DNA of 64,000 nt from the human T2T-CHM13v2.0 reference genome, Homo sapiens. The stretch is taken from the NCBI RefSeq assembly GCF_009914755.1, contig NC_060927.1. One strand, written 5' to 3'. The notes below the pieces were generated by a model that did no database searches, had not been told where the DNA came from, and saw only the letters and a program-made list of their open reading frames with translations. A program made the translations under genes and the position numbers. Of this stretch, positions 13,401 through 28,920 are shown one piece after another. Positions within the stretch are counted from its first letter, which is position 1; every line of letters begins with the position of its first letter.

Positions 13401-16400
13401 TATTCTGTACATAAAATATCAAAGTACACCAGATATATATTCTATAGTGTACATAAAATAACAAAGTACACAAACTATAAAATATATACTGTACATAAAA
13501 TATGAAATTACATCAAATATATATTAGGTACATAAAATATGAAAGTACATCAAATATAGATTATATACTGTACATATAATATCAATGTACCCGAAATATA
13601 TATTTTATACTCTACATGAAATATCAAAGTTCACAAACCATATATTGTATACTGCACATAAAATATCAAAATACACAAGGTATATATTCTATACTGTACA
13701 AAAAATATCAAAGTACCCAAAGCAGGTATTATATACTGTATATAAAATATGAAAGTACATCAAATATATATTTTATTCTGTACATAAAATATCAAAGTAC
13801 ACCAGATATATATTCTATAGTGTACATAAAATATCAAGGTACCCAAACTATATATTATATACTGTACATAAAATATGAAATTACAGCAAATATATATTAT
13901 ATTAGGTACATAAAATATGAAAGTACATCAAATATAGATTATATACTGTACATTAAATACCAAAGTACCCCAAATATATATTTTATACTGTACATGAAAT
14001 ATCAAAGTTCACAAACTATATATTATATACTGTACATAAAATATCAATGTACCCAAGGTATATATTCTATACTGCACAAAAAATATCAAAGTACCCAAAG
14101 CATGTATTATATACTGTATATAAAATATGAAAGTACATCAAATATATATTTTATTCTGTACATAAAATATCAAAGTACACCAGATATATATTCTATAGTG
14201 TACATAAAATATCAAAGTACCCAAACTATACATTATATACTGTACATAAATATGAAATTACATCAAATATATATTATGTTAGGTACATAAAATATGAAAG
14301 TACATGAAGTATAGATTATATACTGTAGATAAAATATCAAAGTACCCCAAATTTATATTATATACTATACATGAAATATCAAAGTTCACAAACTATATAT
14401 TATATACTGTACATAAAATATCAAAGTACCCAAGGTATATATTCTATAGTGTACAAAAAATATCAAAGTACCCAAAGCATGTATTATATACCGTACATAA
14501 AATATAAAATTACATCAAATATATATTTTATTCTGTACATAAAATATCAAAGTACACCAGATATATATACTACAGTGTACATAAAATACCAAAGTACCCA
14601 AACTATACATTATACACTGTACATAAAATATGAAATTACATCAAATATATATTAGGTACATAAAATATGAAAGTACATCAAATATAGATTATATACTGTA
14701 AATATAATATCAATGTACCCCAAATATATATTTTATACTCTACATGAAATATCAAAGTTCACAAACCATATATTATATACTGTACATAAAATATCAAAGT
14801 ACCCAAGGTATATATTCTATACTGAACAAAAAATATCAAAGTACCCAAAGCATGTATTATATACTGTACATAAAATATGAAAGTACATCAAATATATATT
14901 TTATTCTGTACATAAAATATCAAAGTACACCAGATATATATTCTATAGTGTACATAAAATATCAAAGTACCCAAACTATACATTATATACTGTACATAAA
15001 ATATGAAATTACATCAAATATATATTATATTAGGTACATAAAATACGAAAGTACATCAAATATAGATTATATACTGTACATAAAATATCAAAGTACCCCA
15101 ATATATATTATATACTGTACATGAAATATCAAAGTTCACAAACTATATATTATGTACTGTACATAAAATATCAAAGTACCCAAGGTATATATTCTATACT
15201 GTACAAAAAATATCAAAGTACCCAAAGCATGTATTATATAATGTACATAAAATATGAAAGTACATCAAATATATATTTTATTCTGTACATAAAATATCAA
15301 AGTACACCAGATATATATTCTATAGCGTACATAAAATATCAAAGTACCCAAACTATACATTATATACTGTACATAAAATATGAAATTACATCAAATATAT
15401 ATTATATTAGGTAAATGAAATATGAAAGTACATCAAATATAGATTATATACTGTACATAAAATATGAAAGTACCCCAAATATATATTATATACTCTACAT
15501 GAAATATCAAAGTTCACAAACCATATATTATATACTGTCCATAAAATATCAAAGTACCCAAGGTATATATTTTATACTGTACAAAAAATATCAAAGTACC
15601 CAAAGCATGTATTATATACTATACCTAAAATATGAAAGTACATCAAATATATATTTTATTCTGTACATAAAATATCAAAGTACACCAGATATATATTCTA
15701 CAGTGTATATAAAATATCAAAGTACCCAAACTATACATTATATACTGTACATAAAATATGAAATTACATCAAATATATATTATATTAGGTACATAAAATA
15801 TGAAAGTACATGAAGTATAGATTATATACTGTACATAAAATATCAAAGTACCCCAAATTTATATTATATACTATACATGAAATATCAAAGTTCACAAACT
15901 ATATATTATATACTGTACATAAAATATCAAAGTACCCAAGGTATATATTCTATAGTGTACAAAAAATATCAAAGTACCCAAAGCATGTATTATATACCGT
16001 ACGTAAAATATAAAATTACATCAAATATATATTTTATTCTGTACATAAAATATCAAAGTACACCAGATATATATACTATAGTGTACATAAAATATCAAAG
16101 TACCCAAACTATACATTATACACTGCACATAAAATATGAAATTACATCAAATATATATTAGGTACAGAAAATATGAAAGTACATCAAATATAGATTATAT
16201 ACTGTAAATATAATATCAATGTACCCCAAATATATATTTTATACTCTACATGAAATATCAAAGTTCACAAACCATATATTATATACTGTACATAAAATAT
16301 CAAAGTACCCAAGGTATATATTCTATACTGTACAAAAAATATCAAAGTACCCAAAGCATGTATTATATACTGTACATAAAATATGAAAGTACATCAAATA

Positions 16401-19400
16401 TATATTTTATTCTGTACATAAAATATCAAAGTACACCAGATATATATTCTATAGTGTACATAAAATATCAAAGTACCCAAACTATACATTATATACTGTA
16501 CATAAAATATGAAATTACATCAAATATATATTATATTAGGTACATGAAATTTGAAAGTACATCAAATATAGATTATATACTGTACATAAAATATGAAAGT
16601 ACCCCAAATATATATTATATACTCTACATGAAATATCAAAGTTCACAAACTATATATTATATACTGTACATAAAATATCAAAGTACTCAAGGTATATATT
16701 CTATACTGTACAAAAAATATCAAAGTATCCAAAGCATGTATTATATACTGTATATAAAATATGAAAGTACATCAAATATATATTTTATTCTGTACATAAA
16801 ATATCAAAGTACACCAGATATATATTCTATAGTGTACATAAAATATCAAAGTACCCAAACTATACATTATATACTGTACATAAAATATGAAATTACAGCA
16901 AATATATATTATATTAGGTACATAAAATATGAAAGTACATCAAATATAGATTATATACTGTACATTAAATACCAAAGTACCCCAAATATATATTTTATAC
17001 TGTACATGAAATATCAAAGTTCACAAACTATATATTATATACTGTACATAAAATATCAATGTACCCAAGGTATATATTCTATACTGCACAAAAAATATCA
17101 AAGTACCCAAAGCATGTATTATATACTGTATATAAAATATGAAAGTACATCAAATATATATTTTATTCTGTACATAAAATATCAAAGTACACCAGATATA
17201 TATTCTATAGTGTACATAAAATATCAAAGTACCCAAACTATACATTATATACTGTACATAAAATATGAAATTACATCAAATATATATTATATTAGGTACA
17301 TAAAATACGAAAGTACATCAAATATAGATTATATACTGTACATAAAATATCAAAGTACCCCAATATATATTATATACTGTACATGAAATATCAAAGTTCA
17401 CAAACTATATATTATGTACTGTACATAAAATATCAAAGTACCCAAGGTATATATTCTATACTGTACAAAAAATATCAAAGTACCCAAAGCATGTATTATA
17501 TAATGTACATAAAATATGAAAGTACATCAAATATATATTTTATTCTGTACATAAAATATCAAAGTACACCAGATATATATTCTATAGCGTACATAAAATA
17601 TCAAAGTACACAAACTATACATTATATACTGTACATAAAATATGAAATTACATCAAATATATATTATATTAGGTACATAAAATATGAAAGTACATCAAAT
17701 ATAGATTATATACTGTAAATATAATATCAATGTACCCCAAATATATATTTTATACTCTACATGAAATATCAAAGTTCACAAACCATATATTATATACTGT
17801 ACATAAAATATCAAAGTACCCAAGGTATATATTCTATACTGTACAAAAAATATCAAAGTATCCAAAGCATGTATTATATACTGTATATAAAATATGAAAG
17901 TACATCAAATATATATTTTATTCTGTACATAAAATATCAAAGTACACCAGATATATATTCTATAGCGTACATAAAATATCAAAGTACACAAACTATACAT
18001 TATATACTGTACATAAAATATGAAATTACATCAAATATATATTATATTAGGTACATAAAATATGAAAGTACATCAAATATAGATTATATACTGTAAATAT
18101 AATATGAATGTACCCCAAATATATATTTTATACTCTACATGAAATATCAAAGTTCACAAACCATATATTATACACTGTACATAAAATATCAAAGTACCCA
18201 AGGTATATATTCTATACTGTACAAAAAATATCAAAGTACCCAAAGCATGTATTATATACTGTACATAAAATATGAAAGTACATCAAATATATATTTTATT
18301 CTGTACATAAAATATCAAAGTACACCAGATATATATTCTATAGTGTACATAAAATATCAAAGTACCCAAACTATACATTATATACTGTACATAAAATATG
18401 AAATTACATCAAATATATATTATATTAGGTACATGAAATATGAAAGTACATCAAATATAGATTATATACTGTACATAAAATATGAAAGTACCCCAAATAT
18501 ATATTATATACTCTACATGAAATATCAAAGTTCACAAACTATATATTATATACTGTACATAAAATATCAAAGTACCCAAGGTATATATTCTATACTGTAC
18601 AAATATATCAAAGTATCCAAAGCATGTATTATATACTGTATATAAAATATGAAAGTACATCAAATATATATTTTATTCTGTACATAAAATATCAAAGTAC
18701 ACCAGATATATATTCTATAGTGTATATAAAATATCAAAGTACCCAAACTATACATTATATACTGTACATAAAATATGAAATTACAGCAAATATATATTAT
18801 ATTAGGTACATAAAATATGAAAGTACATCAAATATAGATTATATACTGTACATTAAATACCAAAGTACCCCAAATATATATTTTATACTGTACATGAAAT
18901 ATCAAAGTTCACAAACTATATATTATATACTGTACATAAAATATCAATGTACCCAAGGTATATATTCTATACTGCACAAAAAATATCAAAGTACCCAAAG
19001 CATGTATTATATACTGTATATAAAATATGAAAGTACATCAAATATATATTTTATTCTGTACATAAAATATCAAAGTACACCAGATATATATTCTATAGTG
19101 TACATAAAATATCAAAGTACCCAAACTATACATTATATACTGTACATAAAATATGAAATTACATCAAATATATATTATATTAGGTACATAAAATACGAAA
19201 GTACATCAAATATAGATTATATACTGTACATAAAATATGAAAGTACCCCAATATATATTATATACTCTACATGAAATATCAAAGTTCACAAAATATATAT
19301 TATGTACTGTACATAAAATATCAAACTACCCAAGGTATATATTCTATACTGTACAAAAAATATCAAAGTACCCAAAGCATGTATTATATAATGTACATAA

Positions 19401-22400
19401 AATATGAAAGTACATCAAATATATATTTTATTCTGTACATAAAATATCAAAGAACACCAGATATATATTCTATAGTGTACATAAAATATCAAAGTACCCA
19501 AACTATACATTATATACTGTACATAAAATATGAAATTACATCATATATATATTAGGTACATAAAATATGAAAGTATATCAAATATATATTTTATTCTGTA
19601 CATAAAATATCAAAGTACACCAGATATATATTCTATAGTGTACATAAAATAACAAAGTACACAAACTATAAAATATATACTGTACATAAAATATGAAATT
19701 ACATCAAATATATATTAGGTACATAAAATATGAAAGTACATCAAATATAGATTATATACTGTACATATAATATCAATGTACCCGAAATATATATTTTATA
19801 CTCTACATGAAATATCAAAGTTCACAAACCATATATTGTATACTGCACATAAAATATCAAAATACACAAGGTATATATTCTATACTGTACAAAAAATATC
19901 AAAGTACCCAAAGCAGGTATTATATACTGTATATAAAATATGAAAGTACATCAAATATATATTTTATTCTGTACATAAAATATCAAAGTACACCAGATAT
20001 ATATTCTATAGTGTACATAAAATATCAAGGTACCCAAACTATATATTATATACTGTACATAAAATATGAAATTACAGCAAATATATATTATATTAGGTAC
20101 ATAAAATATGAAAGTACATCAAATATAGATTATATACTGTACATTAAATACCAAAGTACCCCAAATATATATTTTATACTGTACATGAAATATCAAAGTT
20201 CACAAACTATATATTATATACTGTACATAAAATATCAATGTACCCAAGGTATATATTCTATACTGCACAAAAAATATCAAAGTACCCAAAGCATGTATTA
20301 TATACTGTATATAAAATATGAAAGTACATCAAATATATATTTTATTCTGTACATAAAATATCAAAGTACACCAGATATATATTCTATAGTGTACATAAAA
20401 TATCAAAGTACCCAAACTATACATTATATACTGTACATAAATATGAAATTACATCAAATATATATTATGTTAGGTACATAAAATATGAAAGTACATGAAG
20501 TATAGATTATATACTGTAGATAAAATATCAAAGTACCCCAAATTTATATTATATACTATACATGAAATATCAAAGTTCACAAACTATATATTATATACTG
20601 TACATAAAATATCAAAGTACCCAAGGTATATATTCTATAGTGTACAAAAAATATCAAAGTACCCAAAGCATGTATTATATACCGTACATAAAATATAAAA
20701 TTACATCAAATATATATTTTATTCTGTACATAAAATATCAAAGTACACCAGATATATATACTACAGTGTACATAAAATACCAAAGTACCCAAACTATACA
20801 TTATACACTGTACATAAAATATGAAATTACATCAAATATATATTAGGTACATAAAATATGAAAGTACATCAAATATAGATTATATACTGTAAATATAATA
20901 TCAATGTACCCCAAATACATATTTTATACTCTACATGAAATATCAAAGTTCACAAACCATATATTATATACTGTACATAAAATATCAAAGTACCCAAGGT
21001 ATATATTCTATACTGAACAAAAAATATCAAAGTACCCAAAGCATGTATTATATACTGTACATAAAATATGAAAGTACATCAAATATATATTTTATTCTGT
21101 ACATAAAATATCAAAGTACACCAGATATATATTCTATAGTGTACATAAAATATCAAAGTACCCAAACTATACATTATATACTGTACATAAAATATGAAAT
21201 TACATCAAATATATATTATATTAGGTACATAAAATACGAAAGTACATCAAATATAGATTATATACTGTACATAAAATATCAAAGTACCCCAATATATATT
21301 ATATACTGTACATGAAATATCAAAGTTCACAAACTATATATTATGTACTGTACATAAAATATCAAAGTACCCAAGGTATATATTCTATACTGTACAAAAA
21401 ATATCAAAGTACCCAAAGCATGTATTATATAATGTACATAAAATATGAAAGTACATCAAATATATATTTTATTCTGTACATAAAATATCAAAGTACACCA
21501 GATATATATTCTATAGCGTACATAAAATATCAAAGTACCCAAACTATACATTATATACTGTACATAAAATATGAAATTACATCAAATATATATTATATTA
21601 GGTAAATGAAATATGAAAGTACATCAAATATAGATTATATACTGTACATAAAATATGAAAGTACCCCAAATATATATTATATACTCTACATGAAATATCA
21701 AAGTTCACAAACCATATATTATATACTGTCCATAAAATATCAAAGTACCCAAGGTATATATTTTATACTGTACAAAAAATATCAAAGTACCCAAAGCATG
21801 TATTATATACTATACCTAAAATATGAAAGTACATCAAATATATATTTTATTCTGTACATAAAATATCAAAGTACACCAGATATATATTCTACAGTGTATA
21901 TAAAATATCAAAGTACCCAAACTATACATTATATACTGTACATAAAATATGAAATTACATCAAATATATATTATATTAGGTACATAAAATATGAAAGTAC
22001 ATGAAGTATAGATTATATACTGTACATAAAATATCAAAGTACCCCAAATTTATATTATATACTATACATGAAATATCAAAGTTCACAAACTATATATTAT
22101 ATACTGTACATAAAATATCAAAGTACCCAAGGTATATATTCTATAGTGTACAAAAAATATCAAAGTACCCAAAGCATGTATTATATACCGTACGTAAAAT
22201 ATAAAATTACATCAAATATATATTTTATTCTGTACATAAAATATCAAAGTACACCAGATATATATACTATAGTGTACATAAAATATCAAAGTACCCAAAC
22301 TATACATTATACACTGCACATAAAATATGAAATTACATCAAATATATATTAGGTACAGAAAATATGAAAGTACATCAAATATAGATTATATACTGTAAAT

Positions 22401-25400
22401 ATAATATCAATGTACCCCAAATATATATTTTATACTCTACATGAAATATCAAAGTTCACAAACCATATATTATATACTGTACATAAAATATCAAAGTACC
22501 CAAGGTATATATTCTATACTGTACAAAAAATATCAAAGTACCCAAAGCATGTATTATATACTGTACATAAAATATGAAAGTACATCAAATATATATTTTA
22601 TTCTGTACATAAAATATCAAAGTACACCAGATATATATTCTATAGTGTACATAAAATATCAAAGTACCCAAACTATACATTATATACTGTACATAAAATA
22701 TGAAATTACATCAAATATATATTATATTAGGTACATGAAATTTGAAAGTACATCAAATATAGATTATATACTGTACATAAAATATGAAAGTACCGCAAAT
22801 ATATATTATATACTCTACATGAAATATAAAAGTTCACAAACTATATATTATATACTGTACATAAAATATCAAAGTACCCAAGGTATATATTCTATACTGT
22901 ACAAAAAATATCAAAGTATCCAAAGCATGTATTATATACTGTATATAAAATATGAAAGTACATCAAATATATATTTTATTCTGTACATAAAATATCAAAG
23001 TACACCAGATATATATTCTATAGTGTACATAAAATATCAAAGTACCCAAACTATACATTATATACTGTACATAAAATATGAAATTACAGCAAATATATAT
23101 TATATTAGGTACATAAAATATGAAAGTACATCAAATATAGATTATATACTGTACATTAAATACCAAAGTACCCCAAATATATATTTTATACTGTACATGA
23201 AATATCAAAGTTCACAAACTATATATTATATACTGTACATAAAATATCAATGTACCCAAGGTATATATTCTATACTGCACAAAAAATATCAAAGTACCCA
23301 AAGCATGTATTATATACTGTATATAAAATATGAAAGTACATCAAATATATATTTTATTCTGTACATAAAATATCAAAGTACACCAGATATATATTCTATA
23401 GTGTACATAAAATATCAAAGTACCCAAACTATACATTATATACTGTACATAAAATATAAAATTACATCAAATATATATTATATTAGGTACATAAAATACG
23501 AAAGTACATCAAATATAGATTATATACTGTACATAAAATATCAAAGTACCCCAATATATATTATATACTGTACATGAAATATCAAAGTTCACAAACTATA
23601 TATTATGTACTGTACATAAAATATCAAAGTACCCAAGGTATATATTCTATACTGTACAAAAAATATCAAAGTACCCAAAGCATGTATTATATAATGTACA
23701 TAAAATATGAAAGTACATCAAATATATATTTTATTCTGTACATAAAATATCAAAGTACACCAGATATATATTCTATAGCGTACATAAAATATCAAAGTAC
23801 ACAAACTATACATTATATACTGTACATAAAATATGAAATTACATCAAATATATATTATATTAGGTACATAAAATATGAAAGTACATCAAATATAGATTAT
23901 ATACTGTAAATATAATATCAATGTACCCCAAATATATATTTTATACTCTACATGAAATATCAAAGTTCACAAACCATATATTATATACTGTACATAAAAT
24001 ATCAAAGTACCCAAGGTATATATTCTATACTGTACAAAAAATATCAAAGTATCCAAAGCATGTATTATATACTGTATATAAAATATGAAAGTACATCAAA
24101 TATATATTTTATTCTGTACATAAAATATCAAAGTACACCAGATATATATTCTATAGCGTACATAAAATATCAAAGTACCCAAACTATACATTATATACTG
24201 TACATAAAATATGAAATTACATCAAATATATATTATATTAGGTACATAAAATATGAAAGTACATCAAATATAGATTATATACTGTAAATATAATATCAAT
24301 GTACCCCAAATATATATTTTATACTCTACATGAAATATCAAAGTTCACAAACCATATATTATATACTGTACATAAAATATCAAAGTACCCAAGGTATATA
24401 TTCTATACTGTACAAAAAATATCAAAGTACCCAAAGCATGTATTATATACTGTACATAAAATATGAAAGTACATCAAATATATATTTTATTCTGTACATA
24501 AAATATCAAAGTACACCAGATATATATTCTATAGTGTACATAAAATATCAAAGTACCCAAACTATACATTATATACTGTACATAAAATATGAAATTACAT
24601 CAAATATATATTATATTAGGTACATGAAATTTGAAAGTACATCAAATATAGATTATATACTGTACATAAAATATGAAAGTACCCCAAATATATATTATAT
24701 ACTCTACATGAAATATCAAAGTTCACAAACTATATATTATATACTGTACATAAAATATCAAAGTACCCAAGGTATATATTCTATACTGTACAAAAAATAT
24801 CAAAGTATCCAAAGCATGTATTATATACTGTATATAAAATATGAAAGTACATCAAATATATATTTTATTCTGTACATAAAATATCAAAGTACACCAGATA
24901 TATATTCTATAGTGTACATAAAATATCAAAGTACCCAAACTATACATTATATACTGTACATAAAATATGAAATTACAGCAAATATATATTATATTAGGTA
25001 CATAAAATATGAAAGTACATCAAATATAGATTATATACTGTACATTAAATACCAAAGTACCCCAAATATATATTTTATACTGTACATGAAATATCAAAGT
25101 TCACAAACTATATATTATATACTGTACATAAAATATCAATGTACCCAAGGTATATATTCTATACTGCACAAAAAATATCAAAGTACCCAAAGCATGTATT
25201 ATATACTGTATATAAAATATGAAAGTACATCAAATATATATTTTATTCTGTACATAAAATATCAAAGTACACCAGATATATATTCTATAGTGTACATAAA
25301 ATATCAAAGTACCCAAACTATACATTATATACTGTACATAAAATATGAAATTACATCAAATATATATTATATTAGGTACATAAAATACGAAAGTACATCA

Positions 25401-28400
25401 AATATAGATTATATACTGTACATAAAATATCAAAGTACCCCAATATATATTATATACTGTACATGAAATATCAAAGTTCACAAACTATATATTATGTACT
25501 GTACATAAAATATCAAAGTACCCAAGGTATATATTCTATACTGTACAAAAAATATCAAAGTACCCAAAGCATGTATTATATAATGTACATAAAATATGAA
25601 AGTACATCAAATATATATTTTATTCTGTACATAAAATATCAAAGTACACCAGATATATATTCTATAGCGTACATAAAATATCAAAGTACACAAACTATAC
25701 ATTATATACTGTACATAAAATATGAAATTACATCAAATATATATTATATTAGGTACATAAAATATGAAAGTACATCAAATATAGATTATATACTGTAAAT
25801 ATAATATCAATGTACCCCAAATATATATTTTATACTCTACATGAAATATCAAAGTTCACAAACCATATATTATATACTGTACATAAAATATCAAAGTACC
25901 CAAGGTATATATTCTATACTGTACAAAAAATATCAAAGTATCCAAAGCATGTATTATATACTGTATATAAAATATGAAAGTACATCAAATATATATTTTA
26001 TTCTGTACATAAAATATCAAAGTACACCAGATATATATTCTATAGCGTACATAAAATATCAAAGTACACAAACTATACATTATATACTGTACATAAAATA
26101 TGAAATTACATCAAATATATATTATATTAGGTACATAAAATATGAAAGTACATCAAATATAGATTATATACTGTAAATATAATATCAATGTACCCCAAAT
26201 ATATATTTTATACTCTACATGAAATATCAAAGTTCACAAACCATATATTATACACTGTACATAAAATATCAAAGTACCCAAGGTATATATTCTATACTGT
26301 ACAAAAAATATCAAAGTACCCAAAGCATGTATTATATACTGTACATAAAATATGAAAGTACATCAAATATATATTTTATTCTGTACATAAAATATCAAAG
26401 TACACCAGATATATATTCTATAGTGTACATAAAATATCAAAGTACCCAAACTATACATTATATACTGTACATAAAATATGAAATTACATCAAATATATAT
26501 TATATTAGGTACATGAAATATGAAAGTACATCAAATATAGATTATATACTGTACATAAAATATGAAAGTACCCCAAATATATATTATATACTCTACATGA
26601 AATATCAAAGTTCACAAACTATATATTATATACTGTACATAAAATATCAAAGTACCCAAGGTATATATTCTATACTGTACAAAAAATATCAAAGTATCCA
26701 AAGCATGTATTATATACTGTATATAAAATATGAAAGTACATCAAATATATATTTTATTCTGTACATAAAATATCAAAGTACACCAGATATATATTCTATA
26801 GTGTATATAAAATATCAAAGTACCCAAACTATACATTATATACTGTACATAAAATATGAAATTACAGCAAATATATATTATATTAGGTACATAAAATATG
26901 AAAGTACATCAAATATAGATTATATACTCTACATTAAATACCAAAGTACCCCAAATATATATTTTATACTGTACATGAAATATCAAAGTTCACAAACTAT
27001 ATATTATATACTGTACATAAAATATCAATGTACCCAAGGTATATATTCTATACTGCACAAAAAATATCAAAGTACCCAAAGCATGTATTATATACTGTAT
27101 ATAAAATATGAAAGTACATCAAATATATATTTTATTCTGTACATAAAATATCAAAGTACACCAGATATATATTCTATAGTGTACATAAAATATCAAAGTA
27201 CCCAAACTATACATTATATACTGTACATAAAATATGAAATTACATCAAATATATATTATATTAGGTACATAAAATACGAAAGTACATCAAATATAGATTA
27301 TATACTGTACATAAAATATGAAAGTACCCCAATATATATTATATACTCTACATGAAATATCAAAGTTCACAAACTATATATTATGTACTGTACATAAAAT
27401 ATCAAACTACCCAAGGTATATATTCTATACTGTACAAAAAATATCAAAGTACCCAAAGCATGTATTATATAATGTACATAAAATATGAAAGTACATCAAA
27501 TATATATTTTATTCTGTACATAAAATATCAAAGAACACCAGATATATATTCTATAGTGTACATAAAATATCAAAGTACCCAAACTATACATTATATACTG
27601 TACATAAAATATGAAATTACATCATATATATATTAGGTACATAAAATATGAAAGTACATCAAATATATATTTTATTCTGTACATAAAATATCAAAGTACA
27701 CCAGATATATATTCTATAGTGTACATAAAATAACAAAGTACACAAACTATAAAATATATACTGTACATAAAATATGAAATTACATCAAATATATATTAGG
27801 TACATAAAATATGAAAGTACATCAAATATAGATTATATACTGTACATATAATATCAATGTACCCGAAATATATATTTTATACTCTACATGAAATATCAAA
27901 GTTCACAAACCATATATTGTATACTGCACATAAAATATCAAAATACACAAGGTATATATTCTATACTGTACAAAAAATATCAAAGTACCCAAAGCAGGTA
28001 TTATATACTGTATATAAAATATGAAAGTACATCAAATATATATTTTATTCTGTACATAAAATATCAAAGTACACCAGATATATATTCTATAGTGTACATA
28101 AAATATCAAGGTACCCAAACTATATATTATATACTGTACATAAAATATGAAATTACAGCAAATATATATTATATTAGGTACATAAAATATGAAAGTACAT
28201 CAAATATAGATTATATACTGTACATTAAATACCAAAGTACCCCAAATATATATTTTATACTGTACATGAAATATCAAAGTTCACAAACTATATATTATAT
28301 ACTGTACATAAAATATCAATGTACCCAAGGTATATATTCTATACTGCACAAAAAATATCAAAGTACCCAAAGCATGTATTACATACTGTATATAAAATAT

Positions 28401-28920
28401 GAAAGTACATCAAATATATATTTTATTCTGTACATAAAATATCAAAGTACACCAGATATATATTCTATAGTGTACATAAAATATCAAAGTACCCAAACTA
28501 TACATTATATACTGTACATAAATATGAAATTACATCAAATATATATTATGTTAGGTACATAAAATATGAAAGTACATGAAGTATAGATTATATACTGTAG
28601 ATAAAATATCAAAGTACCCCAAATTTATATTATATACTATACATGAAATATCAAAGTTCACAAACTATATATTATATACTGTACATAAAATATCAAAGTA
28701 CCCAAGGTATATATTCTATAGTGTACAAAAAATATCAAAGTACCCAAAGCATGTATTATATACCGTACATAAAATATAAAATTACATCAAATATATATTT
28801 TATTCTGTACATAAAATATCAAAGTACACCAGATATATATACTATAGTGTACATAAAATACCAAAGTACCCAAACTATACATTATACACTGTACATAAAA
28901 TATGAAATTACATCAAATAT
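7417..28920 (+). repeat. Three tandem copies of a ~6.19-kb (16-unit) super-repeat with a variable internal block
   Basis: Marker offsets are 13080->19271, 14304->20495 and 15415->21606 = 6191; 7417->15121 = 7704 (6192+1512); 19271->27352 = 8081 (6192+1889). Rare variants are shared between copies (ATTATGTTAGG, CTGTAGATAA, AATACACAAGG). Confidence 0.85.
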
